DNA from: Eledone cirrhosa
Lineage: Eukaryota
DNA: 64,000 nt
Direction of reading: 5' to 3'
Assembly (NCBI GenBank): GCA_964016885.1
Contig: OZ024740.1
Location: 420,732,001-420,796,000, forward strand
The stretch's first letter is position 1. Every line of letters starts with the position of its first letter. A model generated the notes under the pieces. That model had not been told where the DNA came from. It saw only the letters and a list, made by a program, of their open reading frames with translations, and ran no database searches. The translations under genes were made by a program, and so were the position numbers. Shown piece after piece: positions 45,397-64,000 of the stretch.

Positions 45397-45642
45397 TACA
45401 TATATATATATATATATTCATTTAAATTATTGACGTATTGTTTTATTGATATTTTTTATCTGTTTGGCCCGAATCTTCCTTTATCGATTTTAAATCGTAT
45501 GGTTGATTGTAGACTTGTTCTATATGTGACGGTATTTTAACGATAGTTATAGCTCTGATTCATCTGAATTATTGAGCCCTCTGCCGCTCATATCGGATTT
45601 CGTTTTTCGTTAACTCGTGCGCCGATTTTTCGATACTCGATC

Positions 45643-49392
<3,750 letters not shown>

Positions 49393-51061
49393 TTTCAATT
49401 TTATTATTATTACTATTTGGCTCCTTCGGTTGAGCACTCTACTGACTTATATTCATCATGCAGAAACAACATCTGAATATTTCTACAAAGAACATACCCG
49501 TACCAAGCAGGAAAACATACCTAAAACTCCTGATACAGAAAACAGACGCGTTCATTAAAAGGTTGTTTTGGCGCGCCTTTTATTTCGATAATCCGCGAAA
49601 AGCAGACAACAAACGGGATAAATTTGGATTTAAAACTTATAATAACCCCCGTGTAACCCAGCATTGCTACACTTCGAAAATGATGTCTTGGAACTCATTC
49701 GGAATATCAAATTTCGGAATAGGAGCAATTCCTTCCAGCAAGACCTGAAGAATAGAATTCGTTCTATTAAGGATTCTAACGCCGTGCACGTCCATTCCGA
49801 CAAAACTGGCAACCTATATCAAGTGGAGCGTAGTACTTACCATCAACTACTACATAATGCTGTAACTAAGGATTACCGTAAAACTAATCGGTGCGTCATC
49901 AATGAAATCAACGATGCTGGGTTTAAAATCACATCTGATCATCAACCGCCTGGACCGGACTGAACCTCTGGACCCTATCTCTCCCCACTTTACCCTGAAG
50001 GATCACAAATCCAATTTTCCGAACAACCCTTCTATTCGGCTTATTAACCCTACGAAGTCCGATTTAGGTAGACTTAGTAAAACGATTCTTGATAGAATTA
50101 TACCTGAAATTAGAAGTTTGGCACCTCTCGCACTGTGGAACAATTCTTTCGCGGTGATTGATTGGTTCAACGGCATATGTAACAAGGAACATTGCCGTTT
50201 TATCCAATACGACATCAACAATTACTACTCCTCCATCACTTTACCACTTCTCCTTAGAGCTATCAATTTCGCTAAAACACTCACAGTGGTTAAGGATTTT
50301 GAAGTTGATGTCATCCTTAATGCCCGAAAGTCGGTGATTAATTTCGACGACTCTATTTGGATTAAAAAATCCAATAGTACCCCATTCGACGTGAGTATGG
50401 GCGCCAGTGACTCTGCGGAGGTTACTGATCTTATTGGCCTTTTCCTTCTTTTCTCTATCAAGGACGAATTCCCCAACGCGGGCGGTGGTTTGTACCGTGA
50501 CGATGGTCTTTTGACCATGACTAAGTGCGGACCTCGTGCTTGCGACAGGTTCAGAAAAGAACTCACAGCCTTCTTTAAAGGCTTCAACCTCTCTATACAG
50601 GTTGAGGCCAATCTCTCGGTCGTTAATTACCTCGACGTTACCCTCAATTTATTGAATGGCTTGTATTACCCGTATAGAAAGCCGAATGATACGCTTAATT
50701 ATATAAGTAAGCATTCCAACCATCCTGCCAGCATAACCAAGAACCTGGTAAGAAACGTTTCGTTGAGGCTTTCCCGTCTTTCCACCAACGAGCGCATTTT
50801 CAACGACCATTCCACTTATTACAATGAAGCTCTTGCTCGAAGTGGATTTGTCGATAAGGTAGCATATACAGAGTATGAAAATAGACCTAGAAGAAATAGA
50901 TCCCGTCGCATTTGTTGGTTTAACCCACCATATAATATGGAGGTGGCCACACCATTAGCTAAGATCTTTCTTTCCCTTATTACGAAGCATTTTCCCCCTA
51001 CACATAAACATAGTAAAATTTTTAATAGAAATACTATTAAAATTTCTTACTCTACGACTCC

Positions 51062-51062
<1 letters not shown>
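49393..51062 (+). mobile_element. PLE 5' part and RT (two frameshifts), cut off before GIY-YIG by (TA)n
   Basis: [66 protein letters not shown]. Confidence 0.9.
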
Positions 51063-52279
<1,217 letters not shown>

Positions 52280-52479
52280 TATACATACATATCTATATAT
52301 ATATATACATACATATCTCTCTATATATATATATATATATACATACATATCTATCTATATATATATATATATATATATACATACATATCTATATATATAT
52401 ATATATATACATACATATCTATATATATATATATATACATACATATCACTCTCTCCCTATATATATATATACATACATA

Positions 52480-52511
<32 letters not shown>

Positions 52512-52515
52512 CATA

Positions 52516-52550
<35 letters not shown>

Positions 52551-52553
<3 letters not shown>

Positions 52554-54168
52554 GGCACCACTGATGCCCTCTTCCTTGTGAGGCAATTACAGGAAAAGTA
52601 CCTAGCTAAAAGTAAGCCACTCTACTTGGCATTTGTCTACCTTGAGAAAGCCTTTGACAGAGTTCCACGTGCTGTAATCTGGTGGGCTCTTAGAAAACTA
52701 GGAGTAGATGAATGGCTTGTGAAAGCGGTACAAGCCATGTATAGGGGAGCAGTCAGCAAAGTTAGGATTAGCAATGAGTATAGCGAAGAATTTAGCGTAC
52801 AGGTTGGGGTCCACCAGGGCTCTGTTCTTAGCCCCCTCATGTTCATCATAGTCCTGCAGGCAATAACGGAGGAGTTTAAGACCGGATGCCCATGGGAACT
52901 CCTGTATGCTGATGACCTCGCACTTATAGCTGAATCTATGGTAGAACTAGAGAAGAAATTCCAAACTTGGAAGCAGGGACTAGAAAGAAAGGGTCTGAAA
53001 GTCAACATGACAAAGACTAAGGTCCTTGTAAGTAGACGAGAAAACAGAACCCAGATCCCCTCAGGGAAATGGCCTTGCTCAGTATGTAGGAAAGGTGTAG
53101 GTAGGAACTCCATTCTCTGCCCCAAATGCAAACAATGGGTACACAAGAGATGTAGCGGGATCTCAGGAAGCTTAATTAAGAATGTAGGCTTCACATGCAG
53201 CAGCTGTGCTGAGACAGCAAGCAGCAAACAGCCACAGGAAACAAGTACCACCAATCTCTGGGAGGGCTCTGTAGAAACAGTAGACAGCTTCTGCTACCTA
53301 GGTGACCGAATTAGCAGCGGAGGTGGGTGTTCAGAAAGTACAATAACTAGGGTAAGAACGGGATGGAAGAAGTTTAGGGAACTACTACCACTGCTAGCTG
53401 CAAAAGGCTTCTCCCTCAGAATGAAAGGCAGACCGTATGATGCGTGTATCCGAACAGCAATGTTGCACGGTAGTGAGACCTGGGCGCTGAAGGTGGAAGA
53501 CTTACGTAGATTAGAGAGAAACGAAGCCTGCATGCTCCGATGGATGTGTAACAGTAATATACGTGAACGACAAAGCATAAATGAATTGAGAGGGACTGAG
53601 CATAAGAGGAATCAAATGCTGTGTGCAGGAGAGGCGGTTGCGCTGGTATGGGCATGTGATGCGTATGAAGGATGACAGCTGCATAAAAAGGTGCAGAGCA
53701 CTAGAAGTTGATGGAAACCGCGGAGTGGGGAGACCCAAGATTACCTGGGATGAGGTGATAAAAGCCGACCTTGCCCAATTGCACCTCTCAAAGTCAATGA
53801 CACACGACCGTGACTTCTGGCGTCACGCAGTAATACAGAGTACCCGACCTCCCATGGGTACAAGCTGAAGCATATAGACAATATGCCCCACACCCCCCAC
53901 CGCAAGGTTGTCGTGGAGGTGCTACGGCAAAAAAGCACCCAGCCCACACTGTAAAGTGGACGTGTGGGCGCCATGAAAAAGCACCCAGCACTCACTGTAA
54001 ATGAGGTTGGTGCTAGGAAGGGCATCCAGCTGTAGAAATCAAGCCAAATCAGTTCCTGTATGAGCAAGGCATGGTCAGCCGACCAGACACTGCCCACAAC
54101 AGGACAACCCGTCTAACCCATGCTAGCGTGGAAGAACGGACGTAAAACGGTGATGATGATGATGATGA
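52551..54168 (+). mobile_element. RTE family B 3' half
   Basis: Near-identical to the reverse complement of 3083-4700; frameshift near 53590. Confidence 0.93.
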
Positions 54169-54261
54169 TACATATCTGTATATATATATATATATACATA
54201 CATATTTATATATATATATATATATACATACACATCTATATCTATATATATATATATATAT

Positions 54262-54652
54262 ATCATCATCATCATCATCATCAACGTTTAACGTCCGTGT
54301 TCCACGCTTGCATGGGTTTGGACGGGGGTATTTCCCACTTGAGGCAAGAGTGATTGTCTTGCTCGCATAGGACTGTCTGGCGGGTTTTCTACAGCTGGAT
54401 GCCCTTCATAACACCAACCACATTTACAGTGTGGGACTGGGAGGTTTTTACCGTGTTGCCTACACGGCCACATTACAGCGTGGACTGTGTGTTTTTTTGT
54501 CGTGACACCTACACGATCTCATTTGTTTCGGCCTGGATGTTGTGGCACCAACATCACTTTACATTGAAGGGGCGGTGTGGATGGGGTGGGGTGGTGGGAT
54601 GGGGGTGTATTTTGTTAGAGATGCCTACTGACTGTAGTAGGTTTTATTTTGT
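54262..54652 (-). mobile_element. RTE family A 3' UTR-only insertion
   Basis: Matches 45716-46100. Confidence 0.9.
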
Positions 54653-54717
54653 ATTTATATATACATACATATCTATATATATATATATATACATACATAT
54701 CTATATCTATCTATCTA

Positions 54718-54804
<87 letters not shown>

Positions 54805-54996
54805 CTATATCTATATATATATATTTATTCAGGTTTGAGGTTCACCACTGTATAGAGCTGGTCTATTCCGTATGGTCAATCGTAATGCAATAATATAGAG
54901 AGTACTCAACATAAGGCAGTTCAACCGTCTATATATATACATACATATCTATATCTCTCTCTCTATATATATATATACATACATATCTATATATAT

Positions 54997-55582
54997 GGTG
55001 GCTGCCAACTCGTTTTCGAGTACCACCACTACTTTATATCCATGTAGGAGAACCCCTACTGATGCGCTGAACGAGTGTGACTTTTTAGTCCAGCCAGCGA
55101 CTTGAAAACTCTGGTACAAACACTACACTTGTGACAATTACTGACACATAGTGCTGGGCTCATGGTACCCTGTGATGACAAGTGCAGAGAGATCTCCAGA
55201 TATAAAGCAATGCCTGTGCCGTGAAGCTTTTATAGTGAGCAAAGGCACTGCACAAAGCCAGTCCCACTCTCTTAACCAAGATGATATTTACCAAAAAGAA
55301 GAACAAGTCAACATCATTGGATACCATCAGGGTTGCAGGTGTTATATCAGAGTTTTCCTTCTCCTAGAATTCTGCCTTGACAAAGGCTTAGGGGTCATCT
55401 CTCCCGGTGATTTTGGATGGCCATTGACTCTTAAGAGTTCCTTTACCCTTTGACAGGTTTTGTTTTTAGTCCTGCATGATGTCCAAAGTCATCCTCCTCA
55501 CCAAGAAACCTTGGTGGGGTTGCCAGTTTAGTCGCCAACGACCCGACCATGGGACAGGTTGTACTGGGATACATGTTACCAG
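54997..55582 (-). mobile_element. Probable RTE-type 5' UTR fragment
   Basis: Contains CTAGGAGAAGGAAAACTCTGATATAA; homologous to 27170-27450. Confidence 0.45.
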
Positions 55583-55585
55583 TAA

Positions 55586-56402
55586 CATACATATATACAT
55601 ACATGCACACATATATATATGTACGTATGGATTCACCAAACATTTATTATAATGCTCGGTGTGTTTGTAAACAAACATCCCGCATTAAGCTGCAGTGTCT
55701 AGCAACCACCGTTGCTCGTTTGTTCAACACTGACAAAGGAACACTGTACTAGTTTCAAACTTGTTAGCTAACGTCCGAAAGTATATACTTTCCATATGCA
55801 TATTAACGGCTGAGTAGCCCAATTTGCATATCGAGTGGGCTAATCGGCCGGGTGCGCCGAAAACGTTAAACGGAAAAAATGAAACGAAATTTCATTTCCG
55901 ACTCTTAGTACGGCTGTTACTTAAATATAAGTATGTATAGGTACATACATATATGTATACAGACGTACAGTAGTATGTATATATATATATACATACATGC
56001 ACACATATATATATGTATGTATGGATTCATCAAACATTTATTATAATGCTCGGTGTGTTTGTAAACAAACATCCCGCATTAAGCCGCAGTGTCTAGCAAC
56101 CACCGTTGCTCGTTTGTTCAACACTGACAAAGGAACACTGTATTAGTTTCAAACTTGTTAGCTATCGTCAGCAACGTATGCCTTCCTGCCAGATAGTTGA
56201 ACGTCCGAAAGTATATACTTTCCTTATGCATATTAACGGCCGAGTAGCCCAATTTGCATATCGAGTGGGCTAATCAGCCGGGTGCACTGAAAACGATAAA
56301 TGGAAAAAGTGAAACGAAATTTCATTTCCGACTCTTAGTACGGCTGTTACTTAAATATAAGTATGTATACGTACATACATATATGTATACAGACGTACAG
56401 TA

Positions 56403-56453
<51 letters not shown>

Positions 56454-56653
56454 CATGCACACATATATAAATGTACGTATGGATTCACCAAGCATTTATT
56501 ATAATGCTTGGTGTGTTTGTAAACAAACATCCCGCATTAAGCCGCAGTGTCTAGCAACCACCGTTGCTCGTTTGTTCAACACTGACAAAGGAACGCTGTA
56601 CTAGTTTCAAGCTTGAGAGTGGGAAATGAAATTTCGTTTCATTGTTTCCGTTT
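55586..56653 (-). mobile_element. Tandem ~430-bp non-coding HHR repeat (retrozyme-like), ~2.5 copies plus inverted terminal piece
   Basis: GAAACGAAATTTCATTTCCG at 55881 and 56311; HHR sites at ~55741 (deleted), 56135 (complete), ~56593 (truncated); 56616-56653 inverted. Confidence 0.85.
56135..56177 (-). ncRNA. Minimal type I hammerhead
   Basis: ACGTTG CTGACGA TAGCT-AACA-AGTTT GAAA CTAA TA CAGTGT; sister copies have palindromic CTAG and CAGCGT. Confidence 0.72.
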
Positions 56654-56674
56654 ATATATATATATACATACATA

Positions 56675-56747
<73 letters not shown>

Positions 56748-56749
56748 AC

Positions 56750-59572
56750 AACATCATCATCATTTTACGCCCGCTTTTCCCTGCTTGCAAGGGTGGGGCG
56801 GGTCTTATTCAGCACAGCATCTCTCCACTCGTCACGGTCCTTCATTATCTCCACCGTGAGCTTCAACAATCTGAGGTCTGTTCTCACCACCTCCGCCCCT
56901 GTTTTTCGTGGTCTACCTCTACCACGCCTTCCTTCAACTGGCATTTCCTGGCACTTCTTCACCCATCGGTCATCCTCCATGCGCATCACATGTCCATACC
57001 ACCTCAGTCTCCTCTCCCGTACACTACATTCTATCCCTCTCAGACACAGTTTCTCTCTCAACACATTCATGCTGGGTCGTTCACGCACATTTACACTGCA
57101 CATCCAACGGAGCATGCTTGCCTCATTTCTCTCCAGCCGTCGCATATCCTCTGCAGTTGCTGCCCATGTCTCACTACCATGCAGCATAGCGCTCCTCACA
57201 CAGGCATCATACAACCGGCCTTTCGTACGCAGGGAGAAACCCTTCTTCGTCAGCAGAGGAAGCAGCTCCCTAAACATCTTCCAACCCATCCTTATTCTAG
57301 ATACTATGGCCTCGGAACACCCTCCTCCCATGCTAATCTGATGTTCTAGGTACCGGAAGCTATCCTCCACTTCTATAGCGCCCTCCTGCATTTGAAAAAT
57401 GTGTCTATCAATGCGACTTCTACTGTCTAATTTCCCTGTACATCTACTGCATACATATTTCTCCCTACCTGTTAGTTTGCCTGCTATCCCGCTACATCTC
57501 TTGTGTACCCAGGATCTGCATTGTGTGCATTTTATAAAATTTATGCCAGTTCCTTTTCTGCATATCGAACATGGCCATTTCCCTGACGGAATCAGGGTTT
57601 TGTCCTCTTTTCTACTTGCTTCCAACTGCTGTTTCCATAGCCAGAATTTATTCTCTAGCTCCTCTACTGATTCTGCTATAAGAACCAGATCGTCAGCATA
57701 GAGAAGTTCCCATGGACAGCCAGTCTTAAACTCATCTGTTATGGCTTGGAGGACTATAATGAACAAGAGCGGGCTGAGGACCGAACCTTGATGTACTCCT
57801 ACTTGTATCTGGAATTCCTCACTAAACTCCATTCCTACCCTGACTTTACTGACTACCTCTGTACAAAGTTTGCACTGTCCTCACAAGCCATTCCTCAACA
57901 CCTAGTTTCCTTAGGGACCACCAGATGACAGATCGGGGTACCTTATCAAAGGCCTTCTCTAGGTCAACAAAGGCTAAGTATAGTGGCTTATTTTTCTCTA
58001 AGAACCTCTCTTGCAATTGTCTCACCAAGAAGAGGGCATCTGTTGTACTCTTCCCAGGCACAAAACCAAACTGCATCTCATCTAGTTTGACCCTTTCGCT
58101 AATATCCTTTCTGCCACTTTCATAACCTGATCCATCAGTTTTATACCCCTATAATTGCTCCTCTCTAGAGCATCCCCTTTACCTTTGTAGCAATTTATGA
58201 GAATACTGCTGCACCAGTCTTTGCGTATGACACCACCATATATAGCCTGATTGATGATGCGTGCAACCAGTTTAGTGCCTACGTCCCCTGATGCCTTCAG
58301 CATCTCAGCAACTATTCCCGATGGTCCAGCAGCCTTACCATTTTTCATTTCCTTAATCGCTTCTTGGACCCTATATTCGTCAATCTCAATAGCTGGTCCC
58401 TCTGTCGGATCTACTAAGGATAATTTCTCTCTCTCCCAATCGTTCTCCACATTCATCAGTCTCTCATAATGACATTTCCATGCCTCTCCTTTTTCTGATC
58501 ATTCATGACACTAAGTACACCGGCATCATCCCGGACACATTTATCTCCAACAACATCCTGATTTGCATTGACACACTGCCTTGCAATGTGGAACACCGCG
58601 CGCCTCTGATTTTCCCGTCGCAGAACATTGACAAACCTCCTACTCTCTGCCTCCCTGCGTGCTAAGTACACCTGACGTCAAACTTCTTTCTTAGCGGCTG
58701 TATATTCTTCCCTTCTCCCACCCTTTTTCCAAGCCTTCCATGCTAGTCTTTTGTCTCTAATGGCCTTATCTACTATGCTGTTCTACCACCAGGTCACTCT
58801 CTGTCTGGTTGGAGCTCTGCTCCAGCCACAAGTTTCATCAGTAGCCTGCAGCAAGTTGTCACGTAAGAAATTCCAGTTATTATCTATGTCATACGTCTTT
58901 AAATCGTCTTCTTTTTCGTCATATACATCTTGACGGGCTTTCCTAAATTTGTATTTTAGTGAAAGGTCTTTTAGCTTCCAGACCTTTCTTCTCCACACCT
59001 TCCTGTATGTCTCATTCCATCTCTTGCTTACTGAGATATCACTAACGACTAACCTATGCTGTGGGGTACATTCTTCCCCAGAGTATGCCTTGGTATTAGA
59101 CACTATCCGCCTGTCCCGCTGCCTAACTAGTAAGAAGTCAATCTGGCTTATGTGCTCGCCAGATTTGTAGGTTATTAGGTGATTGGCAGGTTTCTGGAAG
59201 TTTGTGTTGCAAATAGTCAGTGTACTTGCATCACAAAATTCAAGAAGTCTCACTCCTTCTTCATTTCTTGAGCCGTAACCGTACCCACCATGTACCCCAG
59301 TGTAACCATTCTGGAGCTGTCCAACATGACCATTGAAGTCTCCTGCTAGCATAACGATGTCTCTGCCCTCTGTCATTGCGGTTGTTTGTAAAAGTTGCTC
59401 GTAAAAGCAGTCTTTCTCATCTTTGCCTAGGCCTGCTTGGGGAGCATAGGCAGAGATGATTGTCAGTAGTCTCCTGCCTACACTAATCTAAGCTTAATTA
59501 TTCGATTACTAACTCGAACTACCTCTATTGTCATATTGATCCATCTCTCAGCCAGGAAAATGCCTACTCTCC

Positions 59573-59573
<1 letters not shown>
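56750..59573 (-). mobile_element. Degraded RTE LINE (PHD-insert family C)
   Basis: AGDFNGH, PQHR, QFGF, YADD, C4HC3 insert over several frames; very short 3' UTR with (GAT)n. Confidence 0.92.
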
Positions 59574-59660
<87 letters not shown>

Positions 59661-59663
<3 letters not shown>

Positions 59664-61258
59664 TGTTATACTTTGGGAGGGTCATGTTGCCAATAAGAAA
59701 CACACGCACCACTTGCTTTCACTTCAATTTATTATAATAAATTTATAAATTTAGGAATTTATAAATTTCTGGTTGGTTGGTTGGTTCCACAACCAGATAG
59801 TTGTTTATATATTGTCAAAGTTCTTTCGTCACACATTCTGTGACCTCTTCAGTGACTGGGGATTCTTTTCTTTGTTTTTGTGCCTCTCCTTTGTTCTGTC
59901 CTACGCCATTTTGTTTCTGTGTGTTGTGTGCTCAGTCTGCGCATGCGCCACATCCGGGTGTCTGTGTGTGTTTATATTTGTTTATTTATTTGTTTATTTA
60001 CATGTTACCGGTTGGTTGTTTGTTCCATTTGTGTGTGTGTTTTCATTTTGTCCTTAATTGTAAGTTGTGATGTTGCTGTTCCACTCATATTTTCTATTTA
60101 ATTTTGGTTGTGATTCTTTTATGTTTATTGCCTCTGTGATTTGTCTAAACATTGCGTCTTTTCTGTGTGTAGATTCTATTTTTATTTCTATGTTCTCTAA
60201 TTTACCTTTATGTTCTATTTTAGCATGTTGGTAGAGTACAGATGATTCTTTACTATCTTGAAGGTCTCGCCAGTGTTCATTTATCCGTTCCCCTACACTA
60301 CGAGCTGTCTCACCTATGTACACTATATTTTTGTCTCTACATTGTCCTTCAGTACATCTTATGCTATACACTACATTTCTAGTTTTACAGTTAATATGGG
60401 GGCTTATTTTACAGGTTATACATTTCTTATCTATACAGGGGCGGGGGGGGGGTCTTTGGAACGGGTATGTCTTGCTAATAAGTGTTTTTACGGAGGTACC
60501 TGGTCTTTCTACTATCTTAATATTGAGTTTATATTTATCTAGGGCCCTTCTAAATTTGTAAGCTAATTCACCTCTAGGGGTTGTATCGATGAACATTACA
60601 CTCTGGTATTTATTGCTATCATACCATGAGTTTATTCTATTAGCCTTATTCCTAGTTCTTTCTATTCTATTCCATTTGTGTCATTATTTACCATTTTTTC
60701 CCATCTGGTTCTGGCTCCTCTATACACTCTGATTCTATCTCTCTGATTGTAACCAGAGAATTGCATACGGTGGATGAAGTGTTGTATGTGTCTCTCTAGT
60801 TCTTCGGGGTTGCACATGCGGGACACGTTTCTCATCACCCGTACCAAATCCGTAATCAGTATGTTGATTTTGGTATGGTCCGAAATGGCTGAGTTTCGGT
60901 GGATCAGATGTTTGGAAGTCATGGGTTTGGCATAATGGGAATGGAGGATTTGTTTTTTGTTATTAATGGTATCTAACCAGAGCTCTGTGTCTAGTACAGG
61001 TAATCGATGGTTGGGGTGTTTACTTGGGTAGTCTATAGTAACTCTAATACTCTGGTGGATGGAGTTAGCTATTTGCTGGATGCTTTCCATTGTGTTTTTC
61101 TCTAGTTCCTGACTGTTCTCTAGTGGGGGTGTCTTAACTACGATGTTTATATCGTCAACGTAGCGGGAGTACATTATCAGGGTTAAGGGGTCTTCTAATT
61201 GTTCTTTAAGTTTAAGTTTAAGTCTACTGTCCCACCATACCATGAATAAGTTAGCTAT
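59661..61258 (-). mobile_element. 5'-truncated PLE (same family as 19494)
   Basis: ORFs 60662-61243 (YSRYVDD) and 60054-60596 (GIY-YIG) separated by a small deletion. Confidence 0.92.
59814..59857 (-). ncRNA. Minimal type I hammerhead
   Basis: AGTCA CTGAAGA G GTCACA-GAATG-TGTGAC GAAA GAAC TT TGAC. Confidence 0.7.
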
Positions 61259-61505
61259 CGATCGTAAAATGATGAATTTTTTTTAATATAAGGAACTGTT
61301 TCTTTGTTTATTCATTATTTTATTAATTTATCTTGACTCTGTTTTCCGTTAATTTTCACCGAAAATAGTTTTTGAATGCATCGTCTTTTTTCATGATATC
61401 CGGATTACATTGAGTTCTTCATACGGATTGGACACTACCGTAAATTTTTGGTAGATTTATCTACATACATATCTATATATATTTATATATATATATATAT
61501 ACATA

Positions 61506-61998
<493 letters not shown>

Positions 61999-62026
61999 TA
62001 TATATATATATATATATATATACATA

Positions 62027-62073
<47 letters not shown>

Positions 62074-62078
<5 letters not shown>

Positions 62079-64000
62079 GAGGAGAAGAATATGGAAGTTA
62101 AAGGACCCCATAGCCAGTGACAAATTTAAAAGCTTATTACTTGATGCCTTTGACAATAAGGAAGCGCATTTAGAGACGTGCGACATAGAGAAACAGTGAC
62201 AATTCTTGAAAGTGAACCTGCTGAAAGCAACGGATGAAATCTGTGGCTGGAGCAGACCTATTGGCAGGAGGAGAGTAACTTGGTGGTGGAACAGTAAGGT
62301 GGAGGAGACAATCAAGGCCAAAAAGCAGGCTTGGGAAGTAGAGAGCACTATCAAGTGGCCAGGGAGAAGCTAGGAGACAAGTGTACCTTGCAAGAAGGGT
62401 AGCAGAGGATAGAAAGTTCAAGCATGTTCTACAACGTGAGGACAAAAAACGTGAGGTATTCAGGATTGCTAGACAATGTGTCAAGGAAAACCGTGATATT
62501 GTCAGGGAGAAATGTGTCCGTAATGATAACGGTGTACTTGCCACCACTGATACTGATAAGAAGGTAGCTTGGAAGTGTCACTACGAGAGACCATTAAATG
62601 AGGAGAATAAGTGGGAAAAAGATAGTCTGCCCAAAATCGATCCAATAGAAGGACCAGCGGTGCAAGTTAAAGGTAGTATAATAAGTGTAAGGCAATCAAA
62701 GATATGAAGACAGGCCAGGCCACTGGGCCTTTGGAGATAGTTGCTGAGATGTTGAGCATCTGGAATGGTAGGGCATGCTATGGTCACCCGGATAGTAAAC
62801 CAAGTAATACAGAATGGGGTCACACCAAAAGACTGGCATAGCATCATCATCATTAACTGCTACAAGGGTAAAGGGGATGCTCTAGATAGGGGAAACTATA
62901 GAGGCATTAAGTTAGTTGACCAGGTCATGAAGGTCACAGAAAGAGTTATAGCGCAACTAATCAGAGAGCGAATTGATCTAGATGAAATGCAGGTAAAAGT
63001 ACCACAGACGCTCTTTTCCTTGTACGACAACTACAAGAGAAGTACCTAGCTAAAAGTAAACCCCTCTACTTAGCTTTTGTAGACCCGGAGAAAGCTTTTG
63101 ACAGAGTCCCCCGCTCCATTATCTGGTGTGCTCTTAGAAAACTAGGTGTAGATGAATGGCTTGTGAGAGCTATACAAGCTATGTATAAGGAAACAGTCAG
63201 TAAGGTTAGAATTAACAATGAATATTGTGAAGAATTTAGTGTAAAAGTTGGCGTTCATCAAGCCCCCTCTTATTTATTATTGCCCTTCAGGCTATAACAG
63301 AGGAGTTCAAGACCGGCTGCCCATAAGAACTCCTATACGCAGATGATCTAACGCTCATAGCTGAATCAATGACTGAACTAGAGAAGAAATTCGAAACATG
63401 GAAGCATGGCCTAGAATCAAAAGGCCTTAAAGTTAACTTGTCTAAGACTAAAGTCCTAGTTTGTAGAAAGGAAAATAGGGCACAGGTGCCCTCAGGGAAA
63501 TGGCCATGCTCAGTGTGTAGGAAAGGAGTAGGCAGAAATTCCATTTTATGTCCCAAATGCAAAGTATGGGTACATAAAAATTGTAGTGGGATCACAGGTA
63601 AACTATCTAAGAACATAGATTTCATATGTGGCCGATGCTCAGGTGCAATAAGTAGCAAGTGTCCAGAGAACACTAGCTCCTTCTATTGCCCAGATGGTTC
63701 TATAGAAATATACACTTTCCATTACCTGGGTGATGAAATCAGCAGTGGTGGAGGGTGTTCTGAAAGTACAGTAGCCAGAGCCAGAACGTGATGGAAAAAG
63801 TTCAGAGAGCTTATACCGCTGTTGGCCACAAAAGGTTTCTCTCTAAAAATGAAAGGCAGATTGTATGATGCCTGTATGCGAACAGCAATGCTGCGTGGCA
63901 GTGAGACCTGGGCATTGTGTGCAGAGGACCTGCGTAGACTGGAAAGGAACGAAGCATGCATGCTCCGTTGGATGTGTAATAGTAATATACATGAACGGCA
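62074..64000 (+). mobile_element. Degraded RTE LINE (family A-like), runs off the window
   Basis: Fragmented homology to 12100-14070 with stops and frameshifts. Confidence 0.92.

Noticed and set aside
55523-55580. Possible HDV-like ribozyme on the minus strand (CCAGT...GG-GTCG/CGAC-TAA-ACTGG)
   Set aside because: P2, P4 and a CUAA junction fit, but I could not build a convincing P1/P3/L3; not supportable without a descriptor search.

Overview
Gene-free, AT-rich eukaryotic (animal) repeat region; the repeat landscape resembles a cephalopod such as Octopus, but that is an inference. Long (TA)n/(TACA)n microsatellites act as landing pads for nested retroelements: about 12 RTE-clade LINE copies (one with an intact 1075-aa ORF carrying a PHD-type C4HC3 insert), one full-length CR1/L2-group LINE, several Penelope-like element (PLE) fragments (RT, GIY-YIG), a TA-flanked MITE and a tRNA-like sequence. 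The main hidden signal is in the non-coding islands between the TA tracts: at least 13 type I hammerhead ribozyme (HHR) motifs, read by eye, from about 9 different sequence families. Most have palindromic stem III, several have greatly extended stem II, and one family has the compensated U3-A8 core. They sit in PLE 3' ends and in small non-coding fold-back or tandem (retrozyme-like) elements. There is also a ~5 kb palindrome centred on a PLE that duplicates flanking RTE DNA. No host protein-coding gene is supported; the YIYI ORFs are microsatellite artefacts. All coordinates and foldings are manual and approximate.
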